64,000 nt of DNA from Dendrobates tinctorius (Eukaryota), in assembly GCF_039654945.1 (NCBI RefSeq), contig NW_027361687.1:61814001-61878000 (forward strand), written 5' to 3'. Made by a program: the position numbers and the translations under genes. Every line of letters starts with the position of its first letter. Within the stretch, counting starts at the first letter, position 1. This document shows positions 11,770 through 24,850 of the stretch, in pieces. Under the pieces are notes generated by a model. The model did no database searches, was not told the origin of the DNA, and saw only the letters and a list, made by a program, of their open reading frames with translations.

Positions 11770-13200
11770 GCTGCACATTTTATTGATGAAGCCAAGAGAT
11801 GTGCACTTTGCTTCACCAATGTATATATCCCAGAAGTTAGTCCAGTGGGTGCATGCACATTGCTAAGATGAAGCCAAGGGAAACCACAAAGATCAGTTTG
11901 GGAGGAGTCCAGAAGGGGTATCGATAATGCTCAGACGAAGCCAAGGGATACCACATGTCATGGTATCTGGAATTTTGGTCTGACAAGCGAAGGGTTAATG
12001 GTTAGAGCCTCTCTTTGACCTCAGGGAGGGTATCTATGGCCACAGGCGAGCAACCTTCCCTGTCGTTTATACTTCATACTTGAGTGTGTCCGACCCTGTC
12101 TTTGCTAAGTGCCTCTCGCCTGTTCCCGTGTCTATGGTGTGTATGATCTGGTCTGGTTTCTGGTTTTGTTTCTTGGCTTTCTGATTTGGTACCGTCCTGC
12201 TCGACCCGTGTTCAGACCTTTGGCTTCCCTCAACTACCCTCTCACTTTCTGATTTTGTACTGTGCAGCCCGACCCGTGCCTGACCTCCTGCTTCCCTGAC
12301 CATTCTTGTTCTGCCTGATTCTGTACCGCATTGCTCCTCCTGTGTATGACTTCTGGATTGTCTGACCATCGCTACTGTATAAACCCCTGGCTCTCTGAGC
12401 CCCCTGCCCGTCACCTCAACGTCCCTGCGATAAGCTCCGCCCCCTCTGACATCACAGGTCACGCGGTGCTAGGTCCTGCAGCCTCTGAGTGCTTCTACCA
12501 GCGCTCCGTCCCTTCCACAGGTCCTGCGACCTCCCAAACTGTGTTCCTACACAGGCCCCTCTGACAGCCCCGCGGTCTGAGTTGCTACGCTGACGCCGGG
12601 ACCGCTGACCAGTCACGCTACCCTCCTGCAGATAAGGGTAAGCGTGATACCACAAAGATGAATTTGGGAGGAGTCCAGTGAGTGCATGCGTATTGCTCAG
12701 ATGAAGCCAAGAGACACCACAAAGATGAGTTTGGGAGGAGTCCAGTGGGCACATGCGCATTGCTCAAATGAAGCCAAGAGACACCACAAAGATGAGTTTC
12801 GGAGGAGTCCAGTGGGCGCATGCGCATTGCTCAAATGAAGCCAAGAGACACCACAAAGATGAGTTTCGGAGGAGTCCAGTGGGCGCATGCGCATTGCTCA
12901 AATGAAGCCAAGAGACACCACAAAGATGAGTTTCGGAGGAGTCCAGTGGGCGCATGCGCATTGCTCAAATGAAGCCAAGAGACACCACAAAGATGAATTT
13001 TCTACATTCCAAAATGAGTCAAGTGGGCATATGCGTATTGTGTAGATGAAGCTGAGGGCAGAACATCTTGATTAATACACTGTAAAGACAAATTTGGGAT
13101 AGGTGTAAAGAGGGTGGTACGCATTGCTCAGATGAAGCAGAGGGCAGAACATCTTGCTTTACTGATTTATGCAACAGGAAAATGTGTCAGGGAGAGGAGT
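11770..13200. repeat. 67-bp minisatellite (GATGAAGCCAAGAGACACCACAAAGATGAGTTT.GGAGGAGTCCAGTGGGCGCATGCGCATTGCTCA)
   Basis: About 5 near-identical units at 12650-13000, with diverged units on both sides. Split by an LTR. Confidence 0.9.
11956..12649. mobile_element. Solo LTR (5-bp TSD) inserted in the 67-bp repeat
   Basis: Starts TGTCATG and ends CGTGATA (close to TGTCACG...CGTGACA). TSD CCACA at 11951-11955 and 12650-12654. The empty site restores gataCCACAaagatg. Confidence 0.8.
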
Positions 13201-14131
13201 CCAGTGGTGACATACACATTGTGTAGATAAGGACGTGGACAGTACATTTTGCTGCATTCCCTTTAAGGTAAGAATGCAAGGATCCTAAAGAACCAAGCAA
13301 AGGTAATAAAAGACCCAATAAAAGCAACTGTTCACTGTAGTACTGAAAAGTGATCGGTGTCACGTTCCTCCTGCTTCAGCAGGAGGCAAACAGAGGACAC
13401 CAAGCAAGATGACTACTTGAGAAATTTATCGTCACTCTTAAGTCTCAGGGGGCAGGTTGCAGGGTCAGTTTAAGAGTTTAACTGGAGTTTCCCTTTAAGA
13501 AAACAACTATATAAATTCTTAACTTCCATTTTGAGCGGCGCAGTTAACTCAAAGAGACAGTTTTCAGAAACCTTTTTTTTTCTCTTTTTCTTCTTAGCCA
13601 GGACTTAAATCCATCATCTGAAAAACAAAAAAAAAAGAAAAGAAATTATCCTTGCAAGTGACAGCTGCTAACACGCATCCTACATTGCATGCCCCTAAAT
13701 ATTTCATAACACCATATTGCGCGCAAATTAAAAGTTGCTTAATTATTTAATCCTCCTATCTTTGTTATCCTTATTTTTTATACATTTGGGGGAATTAACA
13801 TTTAATGTCATTTTTATCCGGCTCTTGCACACAATGAGCTCAAGGAGGAAACATATTGATTTTGGAGCAGGCCCCGTCGTCAAACGGATAGAACTGACCT
13901 GACCTCCCGTTTTAATCGCTTCAAAAAGTCAGCCCGCATTTACTGCCGCCTTATAACTGGGATTAATTATAACGATTAAATGTTCCAATTAGTGTTCCCT
14001 GGTAAAAGGGACTGACAACGTTACCGGAAATCTATACGGCATGGAAGTAACGGCGGGGAGGCAGAAGGAGATCTGGTGAGGAGAAAATCCCTTATGTAAT
14101 GATAGATAGATAGATAATAGATGATAGATGG

Positions 14132-15853
14132 AATGGATTGTCAAAATATTCACACCCCTTGATATTTTTCATGTTTTGCTACTCAAAACCTAGAATTTCA
14201 CTGTTTTTTTGAGGGTTTGAATCACTTCATGTACAGAACATGCCTACAACTGTGAACATTTGGTTTTCTTTTCATTGTGTAGCAAACAACAAATAGGTCA
14301 AAATAACTGAAAACCTCAGTGTGCATAACTTTTCGCCGCCCCTAAAGTCAGCTGCAAGTCGCTATGCATAAGTCTCTATGAGCTTTACATATATGGCCAC
14401 TGGGATTTTTGCCTTTTCCTCAAGGCAAAACTGCTCCATCTCCTTCAATTTAGTTGGTGTCCTCTGGTGAACGGCAATCTTCAAGTCTGACCAGAGATTC
14501 TTAATTGGATTAAAGTCTGGGCTTTGACTAGACCACTCTAAAACATTTACATGTTTCCACTTAAACCACTTGAGTGTTGCTTTAGCAGTATGCTTTGGGT
14601 CATTGTCTTGTTTGAAGGTGAACCTCCGTCCCTGTCTCAAATCACTGACCAACTGAAACAGGTTTTGCTCATGAATATTACTATATTTCGCACCATCCAT
14701 CTTTCGCTCAACTTGGAACATTTTCCCTGTCCCTGCTGCTGAAAAGCATCTGCACAGTATGATGAGGTCACCACTATGTTTCACTGTGGGAATGGTGTTC
14801 TTGGTGTGATAAGCTGTGTTGGTTTCCCACTAGACATAGCGTTCATTTTGGTGGTCAAATAGTTCAATTTTGGCCTCATCTGACATGTCTTTTGACAAAC
14901 TCAAAACAAGCCTTACAATTTTTGTGTGCAAGTAAAGGCTTTTTCTGCTCACTCTTCTATAAAGGAATGTATGGCTTATTGTAGTCGTACAGATAGATAC
15001 TCCAGTCTCTACTTGGGAACTCTGCAACTCCTCCAGGGTTACCTTTGGTCTCTGTGCTGCCTCTCTGATTAATGCCCTCCTTGCCCGGACTGACAATTTT
15101 GGTAGGTGGCCCTCTCTTGGCAGGTTTGTTGTGGTGCCATGTTCTTTCCATTTTTGATGTTGCTCTGGGGGATCATCAGAGATTGGGATATATTTTTATA
15201 ACCCAATCCTGACTTGTCCTTCTCAACAACTTTGTCCCTGACATGTTTGGAGATCTCCTTGGTCTTAATGAAGTTGTTTAGAGATCTCCTTGGTCTTCAT
15301 AGTGGTGTTTGGAGATCTGCTTCATCTTCATGGTGTTGTTTGGAGATCTCATTGGTCTTCATGGTGCTGTTTGGAGATCTCGGTCTTCATAGTGTTGTTT
15401 GGAGATCTCTTTGGTCTTCATGGTGTTGTTTGGAGATCTCTTTGGTCTCTCTGGTGTTGTTTGGAGATCTCCTTGGTCGTCCTGGTATTGTTTGGAGATC
15501 TCCTTGGTCTTCCTGGTGTTTGTTTAGTGGTGCCTTTTGTTCATTTGTTCATTGTGTTGCAGCTTCTTGGCCTTTGAGAAAAGGGTAAAGTGTATATACT
15601 GACAGACTGCACACAGGGGAGACGTCCTGTCACTAAGCATGTGACTTACGAAGGGAATTGCTTGCACCATAAATTTTTAGGGGCTTAATTGCAAAAGGGA
15701 TGAATACATATGCACATGCCAATTTTTTGTTATTTGATCACATAAATGTAATTTATGCCTATAGCTTTCTCAGTTCACCAGCTGATGCATGACAGACAAA
15801 TCGGATTACAAAAATATTTAACCACAGTTTGAGGTTGTAATGCAGCAAACCAC
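14132..15853 (-). mobile_element. Decayed Tc1 transposon (Passport-like), flanked by GATA microsatellite
   Basis: Minus-strand fragments KTKEISKHVRDKVVEK, RARRALIREAAQRPKVTLEELQ and FKQDNDPKH...SPDFNPI. TIR-like aaatattcacaccccttg at about 14144. Multiple frameshifts. The Passport resemblance is from memory. Confidence 0.85.
15243..15522 (-). repeat. 31-bp minisatellite (about 9 units) covering the Tc1 transposase start codon
   Basis: The minus-strand unit reads ATGAAGACCAAGGAGATCTCCAAACAACACC. (g/a)gagatct recurs at 15249, 15280, 15311, 15342, 15373, 15401, 15432, 15463 and 15494. Confidence 0.9.
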
Positions 15854-16018
15854 ATTAGATAGATATGGGACAGATATGAGTTAGATAGCTCATATAGAAA
15901 GAGAATGCCCGCACTCCGAAAGTAGATGTAAAAATCAAGGACTCCATCAAGCCCAGATGTCAATGATTTGATTCACAGAGCTTTTCTGAAGCCCTACATA
16001 GATACTGTAAATATAGAT

Positions 16019-16953
16019 TGTAATGCCACGGTAGCACACTTACGCAGTGATGAGGCAGTGACCCAGCAAAGTTCAAAGCAAAAGTCTCTTTAATGTGTTT
16101 ATTTCACACAATATTAATGTCCAACTCATATAAATGCATAGCATTAATGTCCAGTTCACATAAACATAGCACCCGATATTCTCCGAATCGCAGCTGGGCA
16201 CATATCCTTTGATTACAGTCACTAAACACGCTAGTCCTCCTCTGACCGGTTGCCGTGGGCGATTGCACCGCTGTGTTAATGTCTCTTTACTCGCAGCATT
16301 TCACAGTACACAGTATCCTTCAGTTTACAGTCAGTAAACAAGCTAGTCCTCCTCTGACCTGTTACCGTGGACGACTGCACCGTTGTGCAAGCTGTGGATG
16401 CCAGGCATCTCAGCTCCTCTGGCTGTTTGGCTCCGCTGGCCTGTGTTGCCTCCCACAGGTGGAGCGCTGCAGAGCCGACTGTTCTGTCCTCTTCCAAACA
16501 CCAGATTGACACTGACTCTAACCCTGACACACCCAAACCCTTTCCTGCAGGGCTTTTAACAAAGATATCTGTGGCCTGGAATGAAACCCGGGCCTAGAAT
16601 GAAACGGACTGCACAACTACCATCCTACAGTCTGTTTCACAACACAATATCTCAGAGCAGGTTTCCCTACACTAGCATGTCCAAGACTACACTTATTTTT
16701 ATTATGTCTTGTCTGCATTGCAGTCACCGATATGCCTGTTACTGCCATGCACTTCTATGGCCTTCATACACCTCCATGCACATCCTGGGGAGAACACACA
16801 GTGACCCCTACCTGTGACATCGGTCACTGCTTCACCATTGCAATCACAGCTACACCTGTGACTGCAATGCCCTCTTTTGACCTCAATATGCCTCCGTGCG
16901 CATCTTGAGCACAAACAGCGACCCCTACCTGTGGCACCGGTCACTTCCTCACA
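16019..16953. mobile_element. Solo LTR (4-bp TSD)
   Basis: TGTAATG...CCTCACA with TSD AGAT at 16015-16018 and 16954-16957. Internal duplications of about 112 bp and 121 bp. Confidence 0.8.
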
Positions 16954-17966
16954 AGATAAATAGATAATGTAAAGCCATCCATCAGTATTACCCTTAATTG
17001 TGTCACTCCACATGTGAGGACCCCATCGTTGCCAAGGAAGCATCTCTCATTATTCCTGTGCAGTACAGCCCTTGTACTCTGGAGCAGGCGGATGGCGGCA
17101 CAGCACTCCTCCTCACTGGTAATGAATCTCCTTTCTTTCCTCTGACTGGGCCTTTTTGATGAGATTTTACATTTCCATGTAATCGCTCAGATCTATGGAC
17201 TGTTCATGGGGCAGAATCACCGATACCATAAACATATATATGTATAGCTTATTGATGGAAAAACCATTAACTGTTAGTGATCTCTCACTTCCATGTCCAG
17301 AGAGGACTGATGTGAGCGATATTGCTTGCACTCGTTGCTTACACAAACAGCTGTCGCCGGTGGGCTGAGTGGTATTGAGACATGAGTCACTAGTGGGTAA
17401 CAGAAGCTGACATGCTGACAGCTCAATGTCCAGTTGTATAAAAGTAATAATAAAATTATATAAAAAATACAAGTTGTTTTTCTTATAGCTTAGTGGTTTA
17501 ACAAAAATCAGAACTTTTTTTTTCTGAGACTCGTAACTTTTCTTCAATCGATGGAGCCATGCTTGTTTTTTGCGCTCAGAGCTGACATTTTTAGTCCAAG
17601 TAGAAACCCCCCAAAATGGCAATAATTGGAGCCTTCAATAGACCCTTGGCTGCCACGGCAAGCCATTGGCACCTCGATATCGCATTAGGAATGGGTTTGA
17701 CAGCACTATCTAAACGGTCAAACAGCAGTAATTGGAGACACACAGTCAGTATCCACCAGGTATGGGACAGGCTCAGCTCCATATACTCCATTCACCCACA
17801 TGACGTATATTTAAACTATATGGTCGTGAAGGAGGTATCTCCATAAAAACAATGAGCACGCTCTTTTTACATTTTGACTTTCTTTTCTACTGTTATGTGC
17901 AGAAATTTTAGTTTTCAACCACCCTAACTTTAATTTCAAGCCATAAAATGACAGATTTGCATCTTA

Positions 17967-18557
17967 GGCCTGTTTCACACATCCGTTTGTCACCATCAGT
18001 CAAGATGCGCCGATTTGCAAAAAAAACACGGATCCGCCATTTTTGTTGGCGGATCCATTTTTTTCCTCATAGACTTGCATTATCGGCAGATCTTGACGGA
18101 TGGTCGTCCGTTCGATCCGCTATTGTACGGATCCGCCAAGCGGACGGGACGGAGCCTGTAACGTTTTTTTCATGCGCGGATCCGCATTTTGCGCTTGTCC
18201 GGGTGATTTAACCCTATATCCCGGCTGCGAATCTCTCTCTCTCTCCTCCCCCGACTTCCTCGATCTTCTCCGCCTCCTCCATTCCGCCCCCATCTCGGGC
18301 CATCGCGTGATCTCGGCCCCATATCGCGATAGTCCCACTTACTCCCGGATCATCTCCACATCTCGCGCTCATATCTTCTCCCGGAATTTACCACCTCACG
18401 GCTTCTATCCTGCGGTTCCTTTAAGAATCCTACATCGGCGGATCCCATCGGTCCGCCCGTCCGCTGCCTCACGTTCCTGGATCGACGTTCACAGATCCGT
18501 AATTCGCCTTTTTGGCGGGTGCCGACTGACAGAACAAACGTATGTGTGAAACAGGCC
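17967..18557. mobile_element. MITE, PIF/Harbinger-like (TWA target)
   Basis: TIR GGCCTGTTTCACACAT(c/a)CGTTTG at both ends, flanked by TTA and TAA. CpG-rich, with cggatccg-type subrepeats. Confidence 0.85.
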
Positions 18558-19286
18558 TAAGAAATCCTTCCTCCATCTCCGGTGACTGCCTCAAAAGAAT
18601 ATGTTTCTTGTTTTTTGCATTTTTCTAAATATTTACAGTTAAAACTACTGTCCTTTCTGGGAAAATATAAACAAATATCAGTAAATAACCATTGCCTTAA
18701 AAAGACTATCAAAATTAAATCTGAAGCCAAGTAAGAGATGAAAAAAAAGAATCACCAGAAAAAGCCGTAGCTGACGAGTTATTTACAGCAGAGCTCACCA
18801 GCTGTTAAAGCCTGGAGTCTATCCTCTGAGTAGCTGTCTTACTGTACAACGTCGCTTAGTAAATTTGTGTCATTATGGGGTTTTTTTCACGGTCCCGGCA
18901 ATCTTTCTACTGAAATGTCAAATTAAGAGAAGCCCGTGTAATGTACTTGCTCGAAAATGAGTCTCAAATCACCAACAAGAGTCAACAAACTTTAATAAGT
19001 TCCATTTTTAAATTCAGAAAAGTTTTCTTTTGTTTTGTTTTTTTTTCAAGCAGCTTCTATTCATTAAAGCTGAAATGGTCATCCCAGGGCCTCAAGGTAG
19101 CATTGAGAATAGTGTAGAAAATAGGAGACAGGAGAAAACCAAACCAGAAATTGGAGAAAAAGAAATGTCTGATAACCTCCGGACGTAAGTACAAAGTGTC
19201 TGGTTAACTCTTAAGAGATAGCGATTGTCAGACACCATCCCGACTCAATGGCTGCCACTGGCTTGCAACACCACCTGCACCATTTG

Positions 19287-19474
19287 CAGTGGGGAAAATA
19301 AGTATTTAGTCAGCCACTAATTGTGCAAGTTCTCCCACTTAAAAAGATGAGAGAGGCCTGTAATTGACATCATAGGTAGACCACAACTATGAGAGTATAA
19401 ATCTTGCCAAATCAGTCAAGGTGATTTTCTGGATTTGTTTTCTCATTTTGACTCTCATAGTTTGACTCTCACTG
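19287..19474. mobile_element. Small deletion derivative of a Tc1 related to 52593-54197
   Basis: CAGTGGGGAAAATAAGTATTTAGTCAG...cacttaaaaagatgaga...cataggtagacc matches one TIR of the intact element. gtgattttctggattt matches the opposite TIR. Ends CACTG|TA. Confidence 0.75.
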
Positions 19475-20010
19475 TATATGGATTAATATTATCAGAGATC
19501 TTGGAATAAAGTTAAGATTTATTAATGATTACTTTAGCTGAGCAAAAACACTAAAACTACTTAGGTTCAGCGTCCAATTTGGTCCTCCATGGCAGGTGGA
19601 TTAGAGCAGTATTCACCTTTTCACCCACAATCCTCTGTCTGTGATTTTGAGCTTCCTCCTATTAGATCTTAGATAGTCGACCATGGTAGTGTTCCTCCTC
19701 TGTCCAGGCAGTGTCACCTCTTTCTAGGCCCTAGGTCACTGAACCTCACGCAGCATCATAACGTGGGTTGCACCACAATGTCATGATGTTCCTGGAAGAA
19801 ACATCCATTATGCCGAACAGAGGATTGCCGGCACACAAGTGATTACTGCCCTGGTCTGGTTCCCACGGAAGATGGAACTGGGTGTGCAGCACTTGGGCAG
19901 ATCGAATCTTTTTTCTCATCTCTAACTTATTCATTGTCCACTACTTTTGAAAATGGATAGGGATGATTGTCCTGATTGCTGAGGTCATTGACTGGTGTGA
20001 GATAAGAGAT

Positions 20011-21560
20011 AATAATAATAAATAATAATCTTTATTTATATAGCGCCAACATATTCCGCAGCGCTTTACAGTTTAACAGTTTCAAAACACAAGTCATAAG
20101 TAACAACGCTAACAATACAATAATTAAAGCAAAATAAGACGAAATAAGACGACCCTGCTCGTGAGAGCGTACAATCTACAATGAGGTGAGGGAGATACAG
20201 AGTACAGGTGTGTATTTACAATGGTGTATTTACAATGAAGGTCCAGCCATCTTACAGGAGTGAAGGATGGATGGAGATAGTGAATGGGCTACGCACGCAC
20301 ACTTACACAGAGAATGACTTTGATTAGTGAATGTGATAGGCCGCTCTGAACAGGTGTGTTTTGAGGGAGCGCCTAAAACTATGCAAATTGTGGATAGTCC
20401 TGATTTCTTGGGGTAGAGCATTCCAGAGGATAGGAGCAGCACGGGAGAAGTCTTGGAGTCGGGAGTGGGAGGTACGGATTAGTGCAGAGGTTAGTCGAAA
20501 GTCATTTGCAGAGCGCAGCGATCGGCTAGGCCGATAGACAGAAATGAGAGAAGAGATGTAAGGGGGTGCCGCACTGTGGAGAGCTTTGTGGGTGAGAACA
20601 AGTACTTTGAATTGGATCCTATAATGAATGGGCAGCCAATGTAAGGACTGGCGAAGAGCGGACGCGTCCGAGTACCGATTACCCAGATGGACGATCCTGG
20701 CTGCTGCATTGACTATGGACTGGAGAGGGGATAGTCGAGTGACGGGGAGGCCAATTAATAGAGCGTTGCAGTAATCCAGGCGAGAGTGGATCAATGCAAC
20801 AGTGAGGGTTTTTGTTGTTTCCATAGTGAGAAAAGGGCGGATTCTAGAGATGTTCTTTAGGTGTAAGCGGCAAGAGCGGGCAAGGGATTGTATATGGGAT
20901 GTAAAGGAGAGATTGGTGTCAAACATAACACCCAGACACCGCACCTGCTGCCGGGGTGTTATTGTGGTACCACCCACGGAGAAGGAAATGTCAGATTTAG
21001 GGAGGTTAGTAGACGGCGGGAGCAGAAGAAGTTCAGTTTTGGAGAGGTTGAGTTTCAGATAGAGAGCGGACACGATATTGGAGACTGCGGACAGACAGTC
21101 ACTGGCGTTCTGTAGTACAGCGGGGGTAAGGTCGGGGGAAGACGTGTATAGTTGTGTGTCATCAGCATAAAGATGGTACTGAAAGCCAAATCTGCTGATG
21201 GTCTGTCCAATTGGGGCCGTGTAGAGAGAGAAAAGAAGGGGGCCAAGGACTGAGCCCTGAGGTACCCCGACAGCAAGAGGAAGAGGAGATGACGTGGAGC
21301 CAGAGAACAGAACACTGAAGGAGCGGTCAGAGAGATAGGAAGAGAACCAGGAGAGAGCAGTGTCCTTAATGCCTAGTGACTGGAGCCTAGAGAGTAGGAG
21401 ATGGTGGTCAACAGTATCGAAAGCTGCAGATAGGTCAAGAAGAATGAGCAGAGAGTGGTCACCGTTACGTTTTGCTGTCAGAAGCTCATTGGTCACTTTG
21501 ATGAGTGCAGTTTCAGTCGAATGTAGGGGGCGGAAGCCGGACTGTGAAGGGTCTAGAAGG
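20011..21560 (-). mobile_element. L2-clade LINE, 5'-truncated
   Basis: (TTA)n tail with a gcgctgcggaatatgttggcgc stem-loop. 7-bp TSD AAGAGAT at 20004-20010 and 21561-21567. Confidence 0.93.
20324..21560 (-). CDS. L2 ORF2 reverse transcriptase, C-terminal part (open frame, no native start)
   Basis: [53 protein letters not shown]. No internal stops. Confidence 0.9.
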
Positions 21561-23052
21561 AAGAGATGAGCAAATTGATTTGTAAAACACTGGTCCATCA
21601 GCCACATGAGCAGTCTATATGCGCCAATTGAAAGCCCAGCAAACTGCCTCCTCCTTGCCAGTCTCCGTGGCTCCTCTTTTGATTAGCTAGCCTGGAACAA
21701 AGTCATGTATGTGTCATGCCACAACAATGACGTCGCTCAATGACCATCTAATCAAAAGAGAAGCCGTGGATGCCAGCAGTTAAAAGGTGATTCCGAATGT
21801 GGCCAGTGGACCAGCGACCTCCCTATTTAACGGCTCACCTCTAGTTGGGACAGCATCACTTCTTGTACCGACAAACGTTGTTGGAGGTGCCAGGGATTCC
21901 CGGGGTACATATTAGTTTTCTTTTCTATACATCTCTATAACTTTTCAAAAAGAGACAATTGGATTGCATTAACCAATACCAGGCAGCTGCCACCAAGACT
22001 TATCTATGAATCAAGGTGAATTACGATTATTACCTAGCAATATTTTTTTTTTAATAAAAAAATTATTTGGGGGGATATTAGTGGATAATATACTTTACCA
22101 GAGCAACGAATGCCAGGTAGCTTCTGTAAAGGCAAACATGATTATGAGATGGATAAAAAGTGGCCAAAATTTTCACCACATTTTCTATAAAAAACTAATT
22201 AGCTTAGATTATTCCATACAGATACTTTATTGTCTGTAATCGGACGGGAACATAGCAAAAATCACCCCCAACAATTCATTTCTTTATCCAATGGATTTAT
22301 ATTTTCGGCATGCTTATCCTGTAGGAAATAAAGTTAAAGGCACACAGTTCAGATCTCCAGGGACTTTCAGAGCAGCTTGATGGGACGGGGAAGTTTGATT
22401 TCTAGACCTTAATGTTGACCTATGATTTGTTTCCACGCTATAATCGCATCATCGGTGAGACCCCCACATCTCTGAGAACAAACGCAATTTGGCTTGTCTA
22501 CCTAATTCAATATGTCCACCCACCTTTATTGCATTTCTTGCTCTCCTCCAGATTCACGCTGTGTTCTGTTGTAGTTTTGTGAAGCTTTTTTTAAAATTAT
22601 GACCTATAGATGCTATGGTGATATTGGCAAAATCCCAAGCAGGAAAAGTTTTGTGAGAACAATATGACCAAAACGGACATTGCCACCAGGCAAACCTGGC
22701 AGATCAGATGACTTGCCCATGGTTATGTGAATAAACTTTCCCTATGTTTCTTAAGGAAAGAGTATAAATGAAGTGATGTCACACAAGGCCGTATGACATC
22801 ATCATGTGATCGACTTTTGATCGATTCTCTCCAACTTCTTTGGACATCACAGACAGTTTCAAGCCGTATTCTCAAAATAAAGCAACCCAAACAGATGGGA
22901 AAAAATCTTAGTTCCCTCTGCGTCCTCAGAAAACTGTCTGATATTTCATAATCTTATTATAAAAAGCTTGCAAAAAATCATTACTTGCCACCTGCCTCGA
23001 GCGTCGTGATCTATCCCATGCAGATCCTTTGAGGAGTGCTGTAAGACTATTA

Positions 23053-23394
23053 GGGTGTGTGTACACGCTGCGGATTCTGCTGCGGTTCCGCAGCGGATTT
23101 GGCCCTGCGGATCCGCAGCAGTTTCTGCTGCGGTGTACAGTACCATTATTCCCTATGGGAAATGGAAACCGCTGTGCAGACGCTGCGGAATTTTCCGTGC
23201 GGATTTGCTGCGGTTTCTAAACCACAGAAAGCATTAACATGTCAATTCTTTCTGCAGATTCCGCAGCGGTTTACCATCTCGTGCATTTTGGAGATGGTAG
23301 AACCGCAGAGCAAAACCGCAGGCTAATCCGCAGATGATTTTGAAAATCCACACGGATCAATCCGCAGCAGATTCCGCAGCGTGTGCACATACCC
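23053..23394. mobile_element. MITE, Harbinger-like (GCTGCGG/CCGCAGC subrepeats)
   Basis: TIR GGGT(g/a)TGTG(t/c)ACACGCTGCGG, flanked by TTA and TAA. Same family as 35268-35627, in the opposite orientation. Confidence 0.85.
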
Positions 23395-23426
23395 TAAGGT
23401 TTACTTTTTGTATAACATGTTTCATT

Positions 23427-24850
23427 CTGCTATGTTCACACTGAAGGGTTTTTTTTTCAGAAACGACAAATTTTTCAAAATGGTAAAAGTTTTAGGAAAC
23501 AATATTTTTGGGGAGAGTTTTTGAAAGAGTTTTTAATTTCCCTTAGTGGTTTTGTAAGAATTTTTCTTCAACAAGCGTTCTTTTGCAGCTGCAAGAGATT
23601 GGGCCGTATTAAATAAAGATTCGCTTCCAAGTGACATATACTTTTTTTTCAACCAGGTGTCTTTCAAGACCTTTTCAGGATAAAAAAAAAACACTCTGAA
23701 ATCTCATCACATGAAAAGTGGATTTCCATAGAAATAAATGAATGGAAAGACTTTTCCAAGTCTGAGCAATATTGAAGGAGAATTTTAGAGAGGATCTAAA
23801 AAAAAAAAGCAGCTTAAAAAACCTCTTTGTGAACATAGACTTAGTCTATGTCAACACTCTTTTTGAGGAGTATTTAGAGCAAACGCTGTACAAAATCCTC
23901 TTTGAAAAATGTCCCAAAAATGCTTGGCAAGCGCTTTCTACTCATTAATATGGGAGATCCTTGTTGCTGTTCTTATGCAGAGTTTTATTTAGCTTTATTT
24001 TTTCCAAAGAAGTGGAAAATAAAAAATGCATGATCCAGATGGAATCTGCTCCAAACTGGAAACTGACAATTCAAAAGGCTTAAAAAAGCACTGTTCAAAA
24101 CCACTTCAGTTAAAGCAAAACTCCTCTAAAAACTCAGGGTATTATGTAGACATGATGTACCAAGTTTTTCAAAAGAAATCAATTCGGGAAACATTGGCAT
24201 GTTTTGTATTGTTTGTTTTTTTTGTTGTTTCCTAAGTGCCTTTTCAACATTTTTTGGCCACTTTTTATCAGCCTTTTCACATCGTTTTTGGGACTTATTT
24301 TTTTTAATAGTATTTTCCTGTGTTTTTTCATTTGCCACAAAATATTAAAGAATTTACAAGTGGAATTTGTAGAAAAACGCTCAAAAATTGCTCAAAAAGT
24401 CTTCTGAGCCTTCCCATTGACATGTATTGTAAATGTATACAGCATCTTCAAAGCAGAAAGCACTTGAAGAATAGCCCATTCTCTTCTTTTAACCACTTGG
24501 CATCTTGGCAGTTAAAAGATGCTTAAAAGACTAAACAGATTATTTTTACACAGAAATGCTAGAGTGTTTATTTTAAGAGCTTTTTCAGGCAGTTTTCAGA
24601 GCAGAATGTCATTGAAAACAAGATGTCACAGGCACATACCCAATAAAGAAGAAACGTTCCTTAAGCAGTTTCCACTCGTTCTTGACCATCTCAAAAGACT
24701 CACAGGGAACATAGTCTTAGGTTAAAAAAAACTCCTCCTATGAACCGGGAAGTAAATTTCCCATAGAAATTAATTGGAAGAGTTTTCTAAGCAGATTTTG
24801 GGGAATATTTTGGAGCAGATCTGCTCCTGAACTTTCCTTAAAAACTCAGG
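23427..24850. mobile_element. Cluster of old AT-rich palindromic MITEs
   Basis: Terminal motif pairs gctatgttcacact...gtgaacatagac (about 23429-23840) and gtctatgtcaacac...gaacatagtc (about 23844-24716). Similar copies at about 36150-37356. Confidence 0.55.

Noticed and set aside
12650-13000. CRISPR-like regular repeats (also 61095-62703 with palindromic units)
   Set aside because: Head-to-tail monomers with no unique spacers and no cas genes, in a eukaryotic context.
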